Source of the DNA: Candidatus Zixiibacteriota bacterium
Lineage (GTDB): Bacteria; Zixibacteria; MSB-5A5; WJJR01
Assembly (NCBI GenBank): GCA_036170655.1
Contig: JAVHPP010000141.1
Location: 1-38,636, forward strand
DNA length: 38,636 nt
Reading direction: 5' to 3'
Below, in pieces: positions 8,826 to 18,659 of this stretch (its first letter is position 1; every line of letters starts with the position of its first letter). The notes beneath the pieces were generated by a model. That model ran no database searches, was not told the DNA's origin, and saw nothing but the letters and a program-made list of their open reading frames with translations. The translations under genes were made by a program, and so were the position numbers.

Positions 8826-11800
8826 ATGCCGCTCTTTCCGGCTTGCACGACCGGTAATACCATGCTGATCGGGATCGACGCGCACTCGACCGCGATTCCG
8901 CCGGTGCCACTCAACCCACATCCGTTCATCGGCGTTCTCATGTTGTGGACTTCCCCGAAGTTTCCCATGACGAATGTGATGATCGCCGGCAGTCCGGCGT
9001 GCTGTTCGGGAGCGAAAGGGTACTCGATTCACATTCCCCAGGGGACCTGGGTGGACATCCCCAAGGTCACCTTCAAGGTTTGGTACATTACCAACCTGAT
9101 CACGGTGGCCTTCGCCACGCTCTTCACGATTGCGGCGAGTATCATGATTGGAATTGTCAAAGGGCTGGCTGCGTCGCTGACCGACCCCAAGGTGTCTGCA
9201 TCCAAGCAGGTCTGGGACAATGTGACCTCGGTGTTTCAGCCGTTCACTCAGTGGCAGACTTGGGCGCAGATGCTCATCCCGCCGATGCCGCTTCCCGGCG
9301 CCGAGGGCAACGTCGCCATCGGTTCCCCGACGGTGTCTGTCAGCGGCGGGTCGATGGCGCTTGGGATTCCCTTGGGTGGTGCATCGTGCTCTGAGATCCC
9401 GATTGTCCCGAACGCTTCCGTCATCGCCTTCTCGCATGTCATGGTGGGAATGACTTTCGCGGAGTTGTTGGAGGCGTTCGTTACCAATGCCATCACGGGG
9501 GCCGCTGGGGAACTCGGGAAAAGGGCCGCGGGGCGCTTTATCGCCCGATTCCGCTGCCGGCTGGGACTGGAGCCTATCGATCTGGTCACCGGTAGCAACT
9601 TCGAGGACAAGACCGACTTTGAACTGAACGGCCCGCTCGCGTTAACGTGGAAAAGGTACTACGCAAGCACTCTGGATACGGATGGTCCACTGGGATGGAA
9701 CTGGAGCCATGAGTACCAGCGCTGGCTTGAGTTCCAGGGCGATTCAACCGTCTATCACAATCAGGAGAATCGCTCCATCGTTTTCTCCGCACTAGTTAAG
9801 GATGGCGATTCTCATCTCCTGCTCTTTGAACGCTTGACTCTGACGCGTGTCTCTGCCACCGAATTCACGGTCAAGGGGACTGATGGGATGATCGCGTTCT
9901 TCACGCGGCCGCCGAAGTCCGACCGGGCCTGGATTCGGCGTCTTGAAAATCGTGCCGGAGAGGCCTTCGGATTCCGTTATGACCCGAAGGGACGACTCCA
10001 CGAAATCATCCACTCCACCGGGCAGCGGCTGATAGTGGATACCCAAAAGGATGGCCGGATTACGAAATTGTCTCTCGCATGCAGTGACGGCCGGCTGCGT
10101 GCATTGGTGGGTTACGAGTATGATGACCACGGCGACCTGGTCGCGGTTATTGACGCCGCCGGTAAGCGAGCGAAGTACATCTACGACGACAAGCACCAGA
10201 TGACCCGTAAGACCGACCGCAATGGTTACTCATTCCATTACGTCTACGACCGAAACGGCCGGTGCATCAAGTCACGCGGTGATGATGATCTATATGCCGG
10301 CGAGATCGAATATATGCCCCCGGCGAATATCACCATCATGACCGCACCCTCGGGCGGGAAGTACATCTACCGCTACGACAAGTCCGGATTGGTCACCTCC
10401 ATCATGGATCCGTACGGTAGCGTGCAATTATTCGAGTACGACGCTGCGGGCAACAAGGTTGCCGAGGTCGACGAGATGGGACACGCGACCAAGTACAAGT
10501 ACGACCCGCTTGGGAATGTTGTCGAAGAAACGAATGCGCTCGGTGGCACTACGAAGCGCAAGTACAACGAGATCAACCTAAAAGTCGAAGAGACAGACCC
10601 GGACGGAAACACTTGTCGGTGGGAGTATGATCTACGCGGGAATCTCCAAGTCGAGACAGCAGCTGACGGAGGGATCACGCGGCACGTATACGATGAGCGC
10701 AACCGCCGTGTGCAAACGACCGATGCCAGGGGCAATGTAACAAAGAACGAATATAGTGACGGTGGGCTCCTGAATGCGGAGCGAACGCGCTTCGGCGCCC
10801 CACTGAAGGATTATCAATACGATGATTACGGGCGTATGACCGTGATTGTCGTCGGCGGGGCGAATCGCGTGCGGTTCACCTATGACAGTTCCGGGCGGCT
10901 GACCCGGGTTCAGTATCCTGACGGATCGTTTGAGGAGAGCACGTTCGACGGGGAAGGTAATGCGCATTCTTTCCGAGATCGCGGCGGTCGCGCCTGGTAT
11001 TACCGCTATCGTTCGTGGAACCAACTCGCTGAGTGCAGCGATCCTCAGGGCGGAGTTGTGCGGTACGCGTATGATCGGGGTAACGAATTGGTTGCAGTAG
11101 CCGATCCTAATGGTCATAAGACGGCGTTCGGCAGGGATCTGAAGGATCGTGTGACAAAGGTCCTTCTTGATGATGTGCTCGCCAGGACATTCGAATACGA
11201 TCGTAGCCGCAACATCGTGGCCCCTAAGAATCCTCTTGGTGAAGCGGGGTCGTCGAGAACGTTTGGACCGATGGGCAGGAAGATCGCCGTCGAAGGCGCC
11301 ACGGGGGTGCGGAAGTACGCGTATGATCCGGTCGGTCGGCTCGTTTCTGCGGAAACGGAAGAGGTGATCCGAGAATGGGAGTATGATCCGGCAGGCCGCC
11401 TGACCCAGGAGAAGTTTCGGGACGACACCATACATTATAAGTACAATCGGGAAGGGCGATTCGAGTCCATAGCGTGGTCGGAGGGACTCACATGCACCTT
11501 TACTTACAGCCGCAGCGGTGCGCTTTTGACCGTGCAAGATCCCGCGGGTGGGCAACATCAAGTCCGGGACTTTGATCAAGCAACAAGGGTCCACATTTTC
11601 CCCAACGACCTCATTGAGTCCTGGTCGGAACACAGTGCTGGGGAAGGATTTGTGCGCGAAATGTTGCTTGCACCCAACGGCGCCGGGCGATCAGCGGTAT
11701 TCCATGACGTCTGCCAGTTCGACCGTATGAAGAATCTGACCCGCCGGGAGAGACCAGTGTCAGGGAAGGTTCAGCAGTTTCGCTACGACGGTCTTGATCG

Positions 11801-13064
11801 GTTGACCGAGATGGCCGAGCTGGGTCAAAGGCGCTGGCGCTATCAGCACGATGCCGGTAACAATCTCGCGTTGCGCGAAGAGGTGGAGACCACTTTCGGG
11901 CCTGGCAACCGTCTTGAGAGCGCCGGCGTGGTCCGATTTGTCTATGACCAGATGGGCAATCTTCTGGAAAAGAGAGGCCAGGGCGCTCCGACTCGCCACG
12001 AGTACAACGCCGATGGTCAGCTCACGAAAGTTATCTCGGGTGATGGAACTGTCGTGACATTTGGCTATGATGCAACCGGCTGCCGGGCCTGGAAGGAGCA
12101 CAAGGGCGGGCGGATCTGGTATCATTGGGCGCAGCACCGTCTCCAGAGGGAGATTCTCGGTGATAACCACCGGCGGGTCTATGTCTATCTCTCGCCTGAA
12201 ACAAACGCACCCTTCATGTTCGTCGACTTGCACGGGAGCGGTCCGGGTCCGTGGGCTGCTCAACCGACCTATCTGCACTCAGACTATCTCGGTGTTCCAC
12301 AGCTTGCAACTGACAAGGCTGGGGGAGTGGCATGGGAGATGAAGCTGCAGCCTTATGGCGACGCCCAGATTCACGATGCTTCCAGCCTCGGACTCAACCT
12401 GCGCTACCCCGGGCGGTATCATGATCCTGAGACAGGTCTCGACTACAACGGCTATCGATACTATGATCCCGATATCGGCCGGTTTATTCAACCAGACCCC
12501 GTCGGTCTGAGGGGCGGGCTCAATCTTTACGCCGGACCGGCGAACCCGCTGCGTGATCTGGATTTGATGGGCACCAGCACAGATTGCTCATCGACGACAC
12601 CGGCCAATGCCGAAGAAGGTACACCGGATGCGGACGCCAAGACCCCAACTCCGCCAGCAGACGTTGATCTCCACTTTGGACCCACTGACCTGGTTTACGG
12701 CCCGTCGCACGGTGGCGATTTGCGCGGATTGCAGGAGGCAGCCGGTGGGCAGCTGTTGACCGATCTGGGGAGTCCACCGGAGGGAATGAGTTGGACGCAG
12801 CACTCTCTGGCGACATTGGACCATGCCGCGGAGACCGGACAGCAGGTGCATTTTGACACGACCCACATGTCGGACATGGATCAGGTGCTGGCGGGGACCG
12901 GACGGCACGATCCCCAGGCGACCAATCCGCTTGTTACTTCGTCGGAGTTGCGTCATATCCGAGACAATTATGATAGCTTTGAGACGCCGCCCAAATTCTA
13001 CCACGAGGGACGGGAAGTCCCGCCTCCGTGGACTTGGGGCGGAAACCAGCCGCCGCCACCATAG
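8826..13064 (+). CDS. PAAR-like / DUF6531 / Rhs (YD-repeat) polymorphic toxin effector
   Basis: N-terminal PAAR-like segment (GIDAH..PHPFIG..V.IAGSPA..GSPTV.V.G), EPIDLVTG..LGWNWSH, many YD repeats, Rhs core LRYPGRYHDPETGLDYNGYRYYDPDIGRFIQPDPVGLRGGLNLY..NP..DLMG, then a C-terminal domain of about 160 aa. Confidence 0.93.
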   Translation: MPLFPACTTGNTMLIGIDAHSTAIPPVPLNPHPFIGVLMLWTSPKFPMTNVMIAGSPACCSGAKGYSIHIPQGTWVDIPKVTFKVWYITNLITVAFATLFTIAASIMIGIVKGLAASLTDPKVSASKQVWDNVTSVFQPFTQWQTWAQMLIPPMPLPGAEGNVAIGSPTVSVSGGSMALGIPLGGASCSEIPIVPNASVIAFSHVMVGMTFAELLEAFVTNAITGAAGELGKRAAGRFIARFRCRLGLEPIDLVTGSNFEDKTDFELNGPLALTWKRYYASTLDTDGPLGWNWSHEYQRWLEFQGDSTVYHNQENRSIVFSALVKDGDSHLLLFERLTLTRVSATEFTVKGTDGMIAFFTRPPKSDRAWIRRLENRAGEAFGFRYDPKGRLHEIIHSTGQRLIVDTQKDGRITKLSLACSDGRLRALVGYEYDDHGDLVAVIDAAGKRAKYIYDDKHQMTRKTDRNGYSFHYVYDRNGRCIKSRGDDDLYAGEIEYMPPANITIMTAPSGGKYIYRYDKSGLVTSIMDPYGSVQLFEYDAAGNKVAEVDEMGHATKYKYDPLGNVVEETNALGGTTKRKYNEINLKVEETDPDGNTCRWEYDLRGNLQVETAADGGITRHVYDERNRRVQTTDARGNVTKNEYSDGGLLNAERTRFGAPLKDYQYDDYGRMTVIVVGGANRVRFTYDSSGRLTRVQYPDGSFEESTFDGEGNAHSFRDRGGRAWYYRYRSWNQLAECSDPQGGVVRYAYDRGNELVAVADPNGHKTAFGRDLKDRVTKVLLDDVLARTFEYDRSRNIVAPKNPLGEAGSSRTFGPMGRKIAVEGATGVRKYAYDPVGRLVSAETEEVIREWEYDPAGRLTQEKFRDDTIHYKYNREGRFESIAWSEGLTCTFTYSRSGALLTVQDPAGGQHQVRDFDQATRVHIFPNDLIESWSEHSAGEGFVREMLLAPNGAGRSAVFHDVCQFDRMKNLTRRERPVSGKVQQFRYDGLDRLTEMAELGQRRWRYQHDAGNNLALREEVETTFGPGNRLESAGVVRFVYDQMGNLLEKRGQGAPTRHEYNADGQLTKVISGDGTVVTFGYDATGCRAWKEHKGGRIWYHWAQHRLQREILGDNHRRVYVYLSPETNAPFMFVDLHGSGPGPWAAQPTYLHSDYLGVPQLATDKAGGVAWEMKLQPYGDAQIHDASSLGLNLRYPGRYHDPETGLDYNGYRYYDPDIGRFIQPDPVGLRGGLNLYAGPANPLRDLDLMGTSTDCSSTTPANAEEGTPDADAKTPTPPADVDLHFGPTDLVYGPSHGGDLRGLQEAAGGQLLTDLGSPPEGMSWTQHSLATLDHAAETGQQVHFDTTHMSDMDQVLAGTGRHDPQATNPLVTSSELRHIRDNYDSFETPPKFYHEGREVPPPWTWGGNQPPPP

Positions 13065-13147
13065 CTCTCGCCAAATGACCCCAACGGGTCTGTCGGGAGC
13101 TTGTCGACGAGAAGCCGCCGTCAAGTCAGGATCGGAGCAGAACACTC

Positions 13148-13549
13148 ATGGTGGAGATCAGGTCACTCGCAGCAGACGAAGCTGCACTCGAGTTCCATGT
13201 CGGCGAACGCGACTGGTGCCACTTGTTGCTCCAGCGGGAGGACGCGAGTATCACGCTCGGGGCCGAGGTCTTCCTGGTCCTGGTCAAGAAGCTCCTCGCC
13301 TTTCTCGACGGTCGTTCCAAGCTTCACTACACGTTTCGGGCCGATGAAATGGATTGGGCGTGGTTGCTCACCCTGTCGGAGAGACACTGTTCACTCTATG
13401 CCCGACGAATCGACGGTGCTTATATCCTGCGGGTTCATGATGCACGCGCGCGCAAGATTTCCGAGTTCAGAATCGAGGAAGCGGAGGCGGCAAACTGGGC
13501 GGCGGAATTGACCAAATGGCTGGATGAGAAGGCCGGATCGGCTGCATAG
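13148..13549 (+). CDS. Putative immunity protein for the Rhs C-terminal toxin
   Basis: Small 133-aa ORF with GGAG SD immediately downstream of the Rhs gene; no signal peptide. Assignment is by position only. Confidence 0.6.
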   Translation: MVEIRSLAADEAALEFHVGERDWCHLLLQREDASITLGAEVFLVLVKKLLAFLDGRSKLHYTFRADEMDWAWLLTLSERHCSLYARRIDGAYILRVHDARARKISEFRIEEAEAANWAAELTKWLDEKAGSAA

Positions 13550-13570
13550 CGGGCCCGGTTGATCAGCATC

Positions 13571-14356
13571 ATGCACTCGTCACCCAACAAGCCGCTGCCA
13601 GGGCGCTTCGCCCTCATGTCGGTCGCGCTGACCACCCCCTCGGGTGTCCTGCGCGGCAAAGTCTCGGTTGACACCGGCCCGATGCGTTTGGCGGAACTGG
13701 TTCCGACTGCCTATGAGCTGACTAACGTCCTGGTGGGGCAGGCCACTCAGCGGGAGCAGCAGGCGGGGCGCCAGGTCTCGTGCCGGGCCGGATGCGGCGC
13801 GTGCTGCCGCCAGATGGTTGCGATCTCGCCGCCCGAGGCATTCTATATGATGGACTTGCTCGATTCATTCGAGCCAGTCCATCGAGCCGAGGTCATGGAG
13901 CGGATCGAGAGAATCGTGAGCGAACTCGAAAAGCAGCAAATGATCGACGAACTGATGAACCCGCAGTATGTGGACGCAGCCGTCCTCCCGATTGCGCGCA
14001 AGTACTTCCTGTTGCGAATGCCATGCCCATTCCTGGTTGACGAATCCTGCAGCATCCATCCCCATCGTCCGGTGGTATGCCGCGAGTATAATGTGACTTC
14101 ACCCGCAGAACTCTGTGTCGATCCGCTCATCAACGACATCACCAAAGCGCCGATGCCGCTTCCTCTGACAGTCCCGCTCGCCCGGCTGACAGCCGAGTTG
14201 ACCGGCACGCCGCCGCGACTCATTCCGATTCCCCTCGTTCCCCGCTGGATTGCGCAGCATCAGGATATCAGGCAGCGTCAGTGGCCCGGGTTGGAACTGT
14301 TTCGGCGCTTCATAGGCATGCTCGGCCCGTTGCCTCCCAACAGCCCCGACTCATAA
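13571..14356 (+). CDS. YkgJ family CxxCxxCC Fe/Zn-chelating protein
   Basis: SCRAGCGACC ... CPFL...CSIHPHRPVVCR motifs. Start uncertain (TTG 13559 or ATG 13571). Confidence 0.85.
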   Translation: MHSSPNKPLPGRFALMSVALTTPSGVLRGKVSVDTGPMRLAELVPTAYELTNVLVGQATQREQQAGRQVSCRAGCGACCRQMVAISPPEAFYMMDLLDSFEPVHRAEVMERIERIVSELEKQQMIDELMNPQYVDAAVLPIARKYFLLRMPCPFLVDESCSIHPHRPVVCREYNVTSPAELCVDPLINDITKAPMPLPLTVPLARLTAELTGTPPRLIPIPLVPRWIAQHQDIRQRQWPGLELFRRFIGMLGPLPPNSPDS

Positions 14357-14482
14357 CTTCTGTGCGGGCAGCTGCATTCCCTGACCTGCCGTTGGACAGC
14401 GGTGCTCCTTCGAGCCGCGGTTCTTGCTCTGTTCGCTGTCTCTGCGGTTTGTTTGCGCCCGCCGTTTCTTCCCGGGTTGGTC

Positions 14483-14509
14483 TTTAGAAGTCGTGCGAAG
14501 TGACGATAC
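14483..14509 (+). promoter_or_regulatory. Possible sigma-28-like promoter of motAB
   Basis: TTTA-N15-GACGATAC versus consensus TAAA-N15-GCCGATAA; the -35 match is weak. Confidence 0.3.
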
Positions 14510-14550
14510 TTTCTACAGACCTTGCCAACGGGTCTGGGAGAAGGGAAAAC

Positions 14551-15414
14551 GTGATCGCTTTTGCCGGCATCGGGGTTGTCATTGCTGCGATTCTCGGCGG
14601 GTACCTGATGGAAGGGGGGAAGATCCTCGTTCTGTTCCAGCCCGCTGAGTTCCTCATTATTGGTGGCGCCATCTTTGGCGCTGTTATTATCGGCAACGGT
14701 CCCAAGGTTCTCAAGACGCTGATCGCGCAACTGGCGGGCATCACAAAGTCAGGGCCAACGAAGCAGGACTATCTGGACATGCTGGTCATGCTCTACGAGC
14801 TCTTGACCGTGGCCAGACGTGACGGGATCATGGCGTTGGAAAGCCACATTGAGCATCCCGAGCAGAGCGCCATCATCAGCAAGTATCCCAGTTTTGCCAA
14901 GAAGCATCACGCAGTCAGCTTCCTGGCCGATACCATGCGGCTGATCATCTCGGGTTCTGGTGTCCAGGCGCATGATCTGGACGCGCTGATGGATATTGAT
15001 CTGGAGACACACCACGAGGAAAGCTCGAAGCCCTCGAAAGTCCTGCAAGTAGCCGGCGATTCGCTTCCCGGCTTGGGAATTGTCGCCGCGGTCTTGGGCA
15101 TCGTGATCACCATGGGGGCCATTGACGGGCCGATGGAAGAGATCGGGCACAAAGTTGGGGCGGCGCTGGTTGGCACGTTCCTGGGTGTTCTCTTGTCGTA
15201 CGGTTTTGTCCAGCCGCTGTCCAACAATCTGGCCGAAAAGGCCGATGAGGATGGGCGCTACTATCTGGCGCTGAAGCAGGTACTGCTGGCGTTCCACAAG
15301 GGGTGCGTGGCCGCTATCGCCGTCGAGTTTGCCCGCCGGTCGATTTACGCGGACGCGCGTCCCGGGTTCACGGAACTTGAGAGCGCCTGTCGTGCCGCGA
15401 AATCTGGCGGTTGA
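14551..15414 (+). CDS. motA: Flagellar stator protein MotA
   Basis: GGYLMEGG..LFQPAEFLIIGGA, ARRDGIMALE (conserved Arg/Glu), PGLGIVAAVLG, GAALVGTFLG, AVEFARR. GTG start after AAGGGA. Confidence 0.95.
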   Translation: MIAFAGIGVVIAAILGGYLMEGGKILVLFQPAEFLIIGGAIFGAVIIGNGPKVLKTLIAQLAGITKSGPTKQDYLDMLVMLYELLTVARRDGIMALESHIEHPEQSAIISKYPSFAKKHHAVSFLADTMRLIISGSGVQAHDLDALMDIDLETHHEESSKPSKVLQVAGDSLPGLGIVAAVLGIVITMGAIDGPMEEIGHKVGAALVGTFLGVLLSYGFVQPLSNNLAEKADEDGRYYLALKQVLLAFHKGCVAAIAVEFARRSIYADARPGFTELESACRAAKSGG

Positions 15415-15438
15415 TACCCATTTGTCAGGTTGAGTCCG

Positions 15439-16290
15439 ATGGAATCAGGAAAAGAGAACGCCGCGCCGGTCATTATCGTGCGGAAACACGGTGGCCACGC
15501 CGGACACCATGGCGGGGCATGGAAGGTTGCCTACTCGGATTTCGTCACCGCCATGATGGCCTTTTTTCTGGTCATGTGGCTGGTGGGCCAAAGCGACAAG
15601 GTCAAGGCGGGAGTGGGCGGCTACTTTCGCGATCCTGTGGGTTTCAAGGACAAGATGGGGAAGGGAGTTCTGGAGGGGGCATCGAGCACGCCAGGCCCTC
15701 CGGTCCCGACACGGGAGGCGGAAGAATACCGCCGTCGGCAAGAAGAGAAAACCCGCGAGAAACTCCAGGACAAGGCCGATGAAGTTGTCAAGGCGTTGCA
15801 AGGCGCTCTCGGTTTGGGTGATCTCTCCAACTTGGTGGACGTGGAAGTGACCGAAGAAGGTCTGCGCATCCAACTGATGGAGTCGGGCGATTCCACCTTC
15901 TTTGGTTCGGGCAGCGCGACAGTTTCCGGCCGGGGTGAAAGGGTCGTTTCCATGATTGGTCAGATGATTTCGCCCTTGGGATACAACGTGGTTGTGGAAG
16001 GCCATACTGACAGCCACCAGTTCGTCAATGGCAACGGTTACTCAAACTGGGAATTGTCAGCAGATCGTGCCAATGCCGCCCGACGGCTGCTCGAGCAAAA
16101 TGGTGTAGAACCAGCCAAGATCTCCGAGATACGAGGATATGCCGACAAGAAACTGCGTTACCCCAATCAACCGGGTGATCCCCGCAACCGTCGAATCGCC
16201 ATCGTCGTGGTCAACGGTTACGCCGCGGATAAATTCAAACCCGTCGATCTGAGCGAGCGAGGCAGGCTGGCTGGCGGGGACACGCTGTGA
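15439..16290 (+). CDS. motB: Flagellar stator protein MotB
   Basis: HHGGAWKVAYSDFVTAMMAFFLVMWL (ion-binding Asp) and OmpA-like EGHTD..NWELSADRANAARR..NRRI. Confidence 0.95.
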   Translation: MESGKENAAPVIIVRKHGGHAGHHGGAWKVAYSDFVTAMMAFFLVMWLVGQSDKVKAGVGGYFRDPVGFKDKMGKGVLEGASSTPGPPVPTREAEEYRRRQEEKTREKLQDKADEVVKALQGALGLGDLSNLVDVEVTEEGLRIQLMESGDSTFFGSGSATVSGRGERVVSMIGQMISPLGYNVVVEGHTDSHQFVNGNGYSNWELSADRANAARRLLEQNGVEPAKISEIRGYADKKLRYPNQPGDPRNRRIAIVVVNGYAADKFKPVDLSERGRLAGGDTL

Positions 16291-16395
16291 GTTCCCGCTT
16301 GATCGTTTGGCTCCCCGTCTGAATCCGCGAAGATCTGCCCGATGGCTGTGGTGCTCCCCGGGGCCGGTATGTGCTTTGTTCGGCGTTGTGCGTGG

Positions 16396-16430
16396 TTGCG
16401 TTTGATGGGCGATCTGCTTATTATTATCAC
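16396..16430 (+). promoter_or_regulatory. Sigma-70-type promoter, probably leaderless
   Basis: TTGCGT-N17-TATTAT ending 6 nt before ATG 16431; no SD. Confidence 0.55.
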
Positions 16431-17270
16431 ATGGCACTTGACGGAAAACCAGCCCAAAGACTTCCCTTGGCGGTCGACACGACAGCAGTTGATTTGGGAG
16501 CATTGAAGACCAAGGACGATTCTCCCTTTCGGTACTTTGTCAAAGGCGAGCGCCCTCGGGCGGATGGCGCCTTCTTCGAACTGCTTCTATCACGGGTTTT
16601 TCTCGAGTCCGGTAGCGTCGAGGGGTTTGACGAAATCTGGCCCCGTGCGGTTCAAGCGCTGGCCGGCCTGAATCTGTACCGCCTTTCGCAGATGTCGCCG
16701 GAAGAGCTCGGCTCAGTCATCGAGACAGTCGGCGGCGAATTCTCGTTGCGTCTTGGCGGGAGGGCCAGCGCCTTACAGACTTGGGCCGACGCGTTCTGGC
16801 GGATCCGCCAGATTTATGGTTCGTTCCGTCAGTATGTCCGTTCGTTCGATACCGACGGACATCAAGCGCTGGTTGACGATCTCCGCCAGCGGCTAGTTGG
16901 TTTGTCTCCTGATTTTTTGGAAGGATTCCTGCGTGAATCCGGCCAGAAACCTGCCGTTGCCCAGCAACAGTCCGATCGCACCAAGGGTCAGCAGCAACAG
17001 CGAACCCCCAAGCGCGTTTCTGGGCAGCCTGCTCGCCCCAGCGCGAACCCCAGTGGTGGCAGCCGGCGAAGCCAGCCGCACAGCGTCCCTGCGGGAAAAC
17101 CTGCCACGCCGACGGCCCCGCCCGCCAAGACCCAGGGAGGTGATGATTCAAAGTCGGCTCCGAAGCATCGGCGCAAACGGCGCGGATTTTTTCGGCGCCG
17201 TCGCGACGAGGGGCGGGGAGACAAGCCTCAAGGGCAGCCCGTGACCACCACCGCTACGAATCAGTCCTGA
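16431..17270 (+). CDS. DNA-3-methyladenine glycosylase I (Tag)-like helical domain plus basic low-complexity tail
   Basis: Pattern D..FFELL..VF..W....A..G.....MS.EEL..YGSF.QY.RSF..LV.DL..R....FLRESG resembles Tag-like proteins; Gln/Pro/Arg-rich C-terminus. Confidence 0.6.
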   Translation: MALDGKPAQRLPLAVDTTAVDLGALKTKDDSPFRYFVKGERPRADGAFFELLLSRVFLESGSVEGFDEIWPRAVQALAGLNLYRLSQMSPEELGSVIETVGGEFSLRLGGRASALQTWADAFWRIRQIYGSFRQYVRSFDTDGHQALVDDLRQRLVGLSPDFLEGFLRESGQKPAVAQQQSDRTKGQQQQRTPKRVSGQPARPSANPSGGSRRSQPHSVPAGKPATPTAPPAKTQGGDDSKSAPKHRRKRRGFFRRRRDEGRGDKPQGQPVTTTATNQS

Positions 17271-17411
17271 GTCGGCGTGCGTCAAGTCATCGCACGAGTC
17301 GAGCGAAGTCCCGTGGGTGTCGATGTGGCTTGTGCTGCGGGAGCGGCGGCGCGCCGGTCCCCGCCGAATGATGGGAGTCACGCGGATGGACGTTGATGCC
17401 CTTGGGCCGTC

Positions 17412-17855
17412 TCAGGGGTTTGTGGGCGGTACGTAGTGGATGTAATCGGTCAGCGACTTGATCTCCAGTTCCTTGCCTTCAACTTCCACCTGCATCAGGT
17501 CGCGCGATGAGAGAAATCCGACAAGCTTGTTGTCCTCGACGACAGGCAGATGCCGGCAGCTCCGGGAGACCATTTTCGTCAGGCATGTGAGATGATCATC
17601 ATTGATGTCCGCGGTGATGATATTCGATGTCATCGCCGCGCCCACCGTGACCTGACTGGCATCGAGCCCCCGGACAATGATCCGAGTCATCAGATCGCGC
17701 TCGGAAAATACGCCTACCAGCCGGTCACCCTCCAAGACGGGCAGGGCACCGACGTTGTGTTTGACCATCAGCTTGACTGCATCTGTGACTGTGCTGCTGG
17801 CCGACAGCCAGTGCAGTGGGCGATTGTTCGCAAGAATGTCGCGAATCTTCGGCAT
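17412..17855 (-). CDS. CBS-domain pair protein
   Basis: VGALPV..LVGVFSERDL and RHLPVV..LVGFLSSRDL; ATG 17855 with GGGAGG SD. Confidence 0.9.
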   Translation of the reverse strand: MPKIRDILANNRPLHWLSASSTVTDAVKLMVKHNVGALPVLEGDRLVGVFSERDLMTRIIVRGLDASQVTVGAAMTSNIITADINDDHLTCLTKMVSRSCRHLPVVEDNKLVGFLSSRDLMQVEVEGKELEIKSLTDYIHYVPPTNP

Positions 17856-18137
17856 GACGACCTCCCTGTATGCTGGCCCCACTCGGCAGCCAATGACCAT
17901 TGACATGGACCTTCAGTCAAGGTATCTGAGTTTGTCGCCAAGTCAAGTCCCTCCCGAAGAGACATTCGGATGTCAAAGGCAATCAGTTTAGTTAGAAATA
18001 CGCAAACTGGCGGCAGACAGACTCGTAGGATGGTCAGGATCATGTTTGTCGGCGACACGGAAGCCTTCGACACTAGACTACGTTAAGGCATTGGGTTGCC
18101 ATATCTTATCTCTGATGAACGAGCGACCGGAGAAAAC

Positions 18138-18659
18138 ATGATCCTGAATCGACGAGGCGAGTACGCAATTCTGGGACTCCTCTACTTGGCGCGGCAAGAC
18201 CATGCCGCCACGTCCCGCCAGTTTTGGGACATCAGCGACATCGCCCAAGCCGTGGAAGTCCCGGAGAAATTCCTGCGGATCCTCTTCCACCAACTCGCCA
18301 AAGCGGGGCTGCTCAGATCGCAGCGAGGGGTGGGAGGCGGGTTCGGTCTCAAAAGACCCGCCTCGGAGGTCACCCTGCGGGAGGTCATCGAGGTCATTCA
18401 GGGACCGATCGCGTCATTTGTTTGTGTCACCAGCGATGACGACCCGAAAGTATGCCGGCGCTTTGAGCATTGTGAACTGTATGGGATATTGCGTGAGGTA
18501 CGCCTGAAAGTGGTGAATGAACTGGAACGCCACACACTGAACGACTTGATCGGAGGGGAACGAGCGGTCCCCAGCGCGAGGGGCAGCACGACAGTAGGCG
18601 CCCAGCCCAATTCCCGAGAGAGTGTGTCATCAAACGTAGCGGCGCCCGGCCAAGAATGA
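18138..18659 (+). CDS. Rrf2 family (IscR-like) transcriptional regulator
   Basis: [38 protein letters not shown], and three Cys (C-x9-C-x5-C); overlaps iscS by ATGA. Confidence 0.9.
   Translation: MILNRRGEYAILGLLYLARQDHAATSRQFWDISDIAQAVEVPEKFLRILFHQLAKAGLLRSQRGVGGGFGLKRPASEVTLREVIEVIQGPIASFVCVTSDDDPKVCRRFEHCELYGILREVRLKVVNELERHTLNDLIGGERAVPSARGSTTVGAQPNSRESVSSNVAAPGQE

Noticed and set aside
14551..16290. Zorya ZorAB defence motor
   Set aside because: Canonical MotA length and motifs, no long ZorA tail, and no zorC/D/E.
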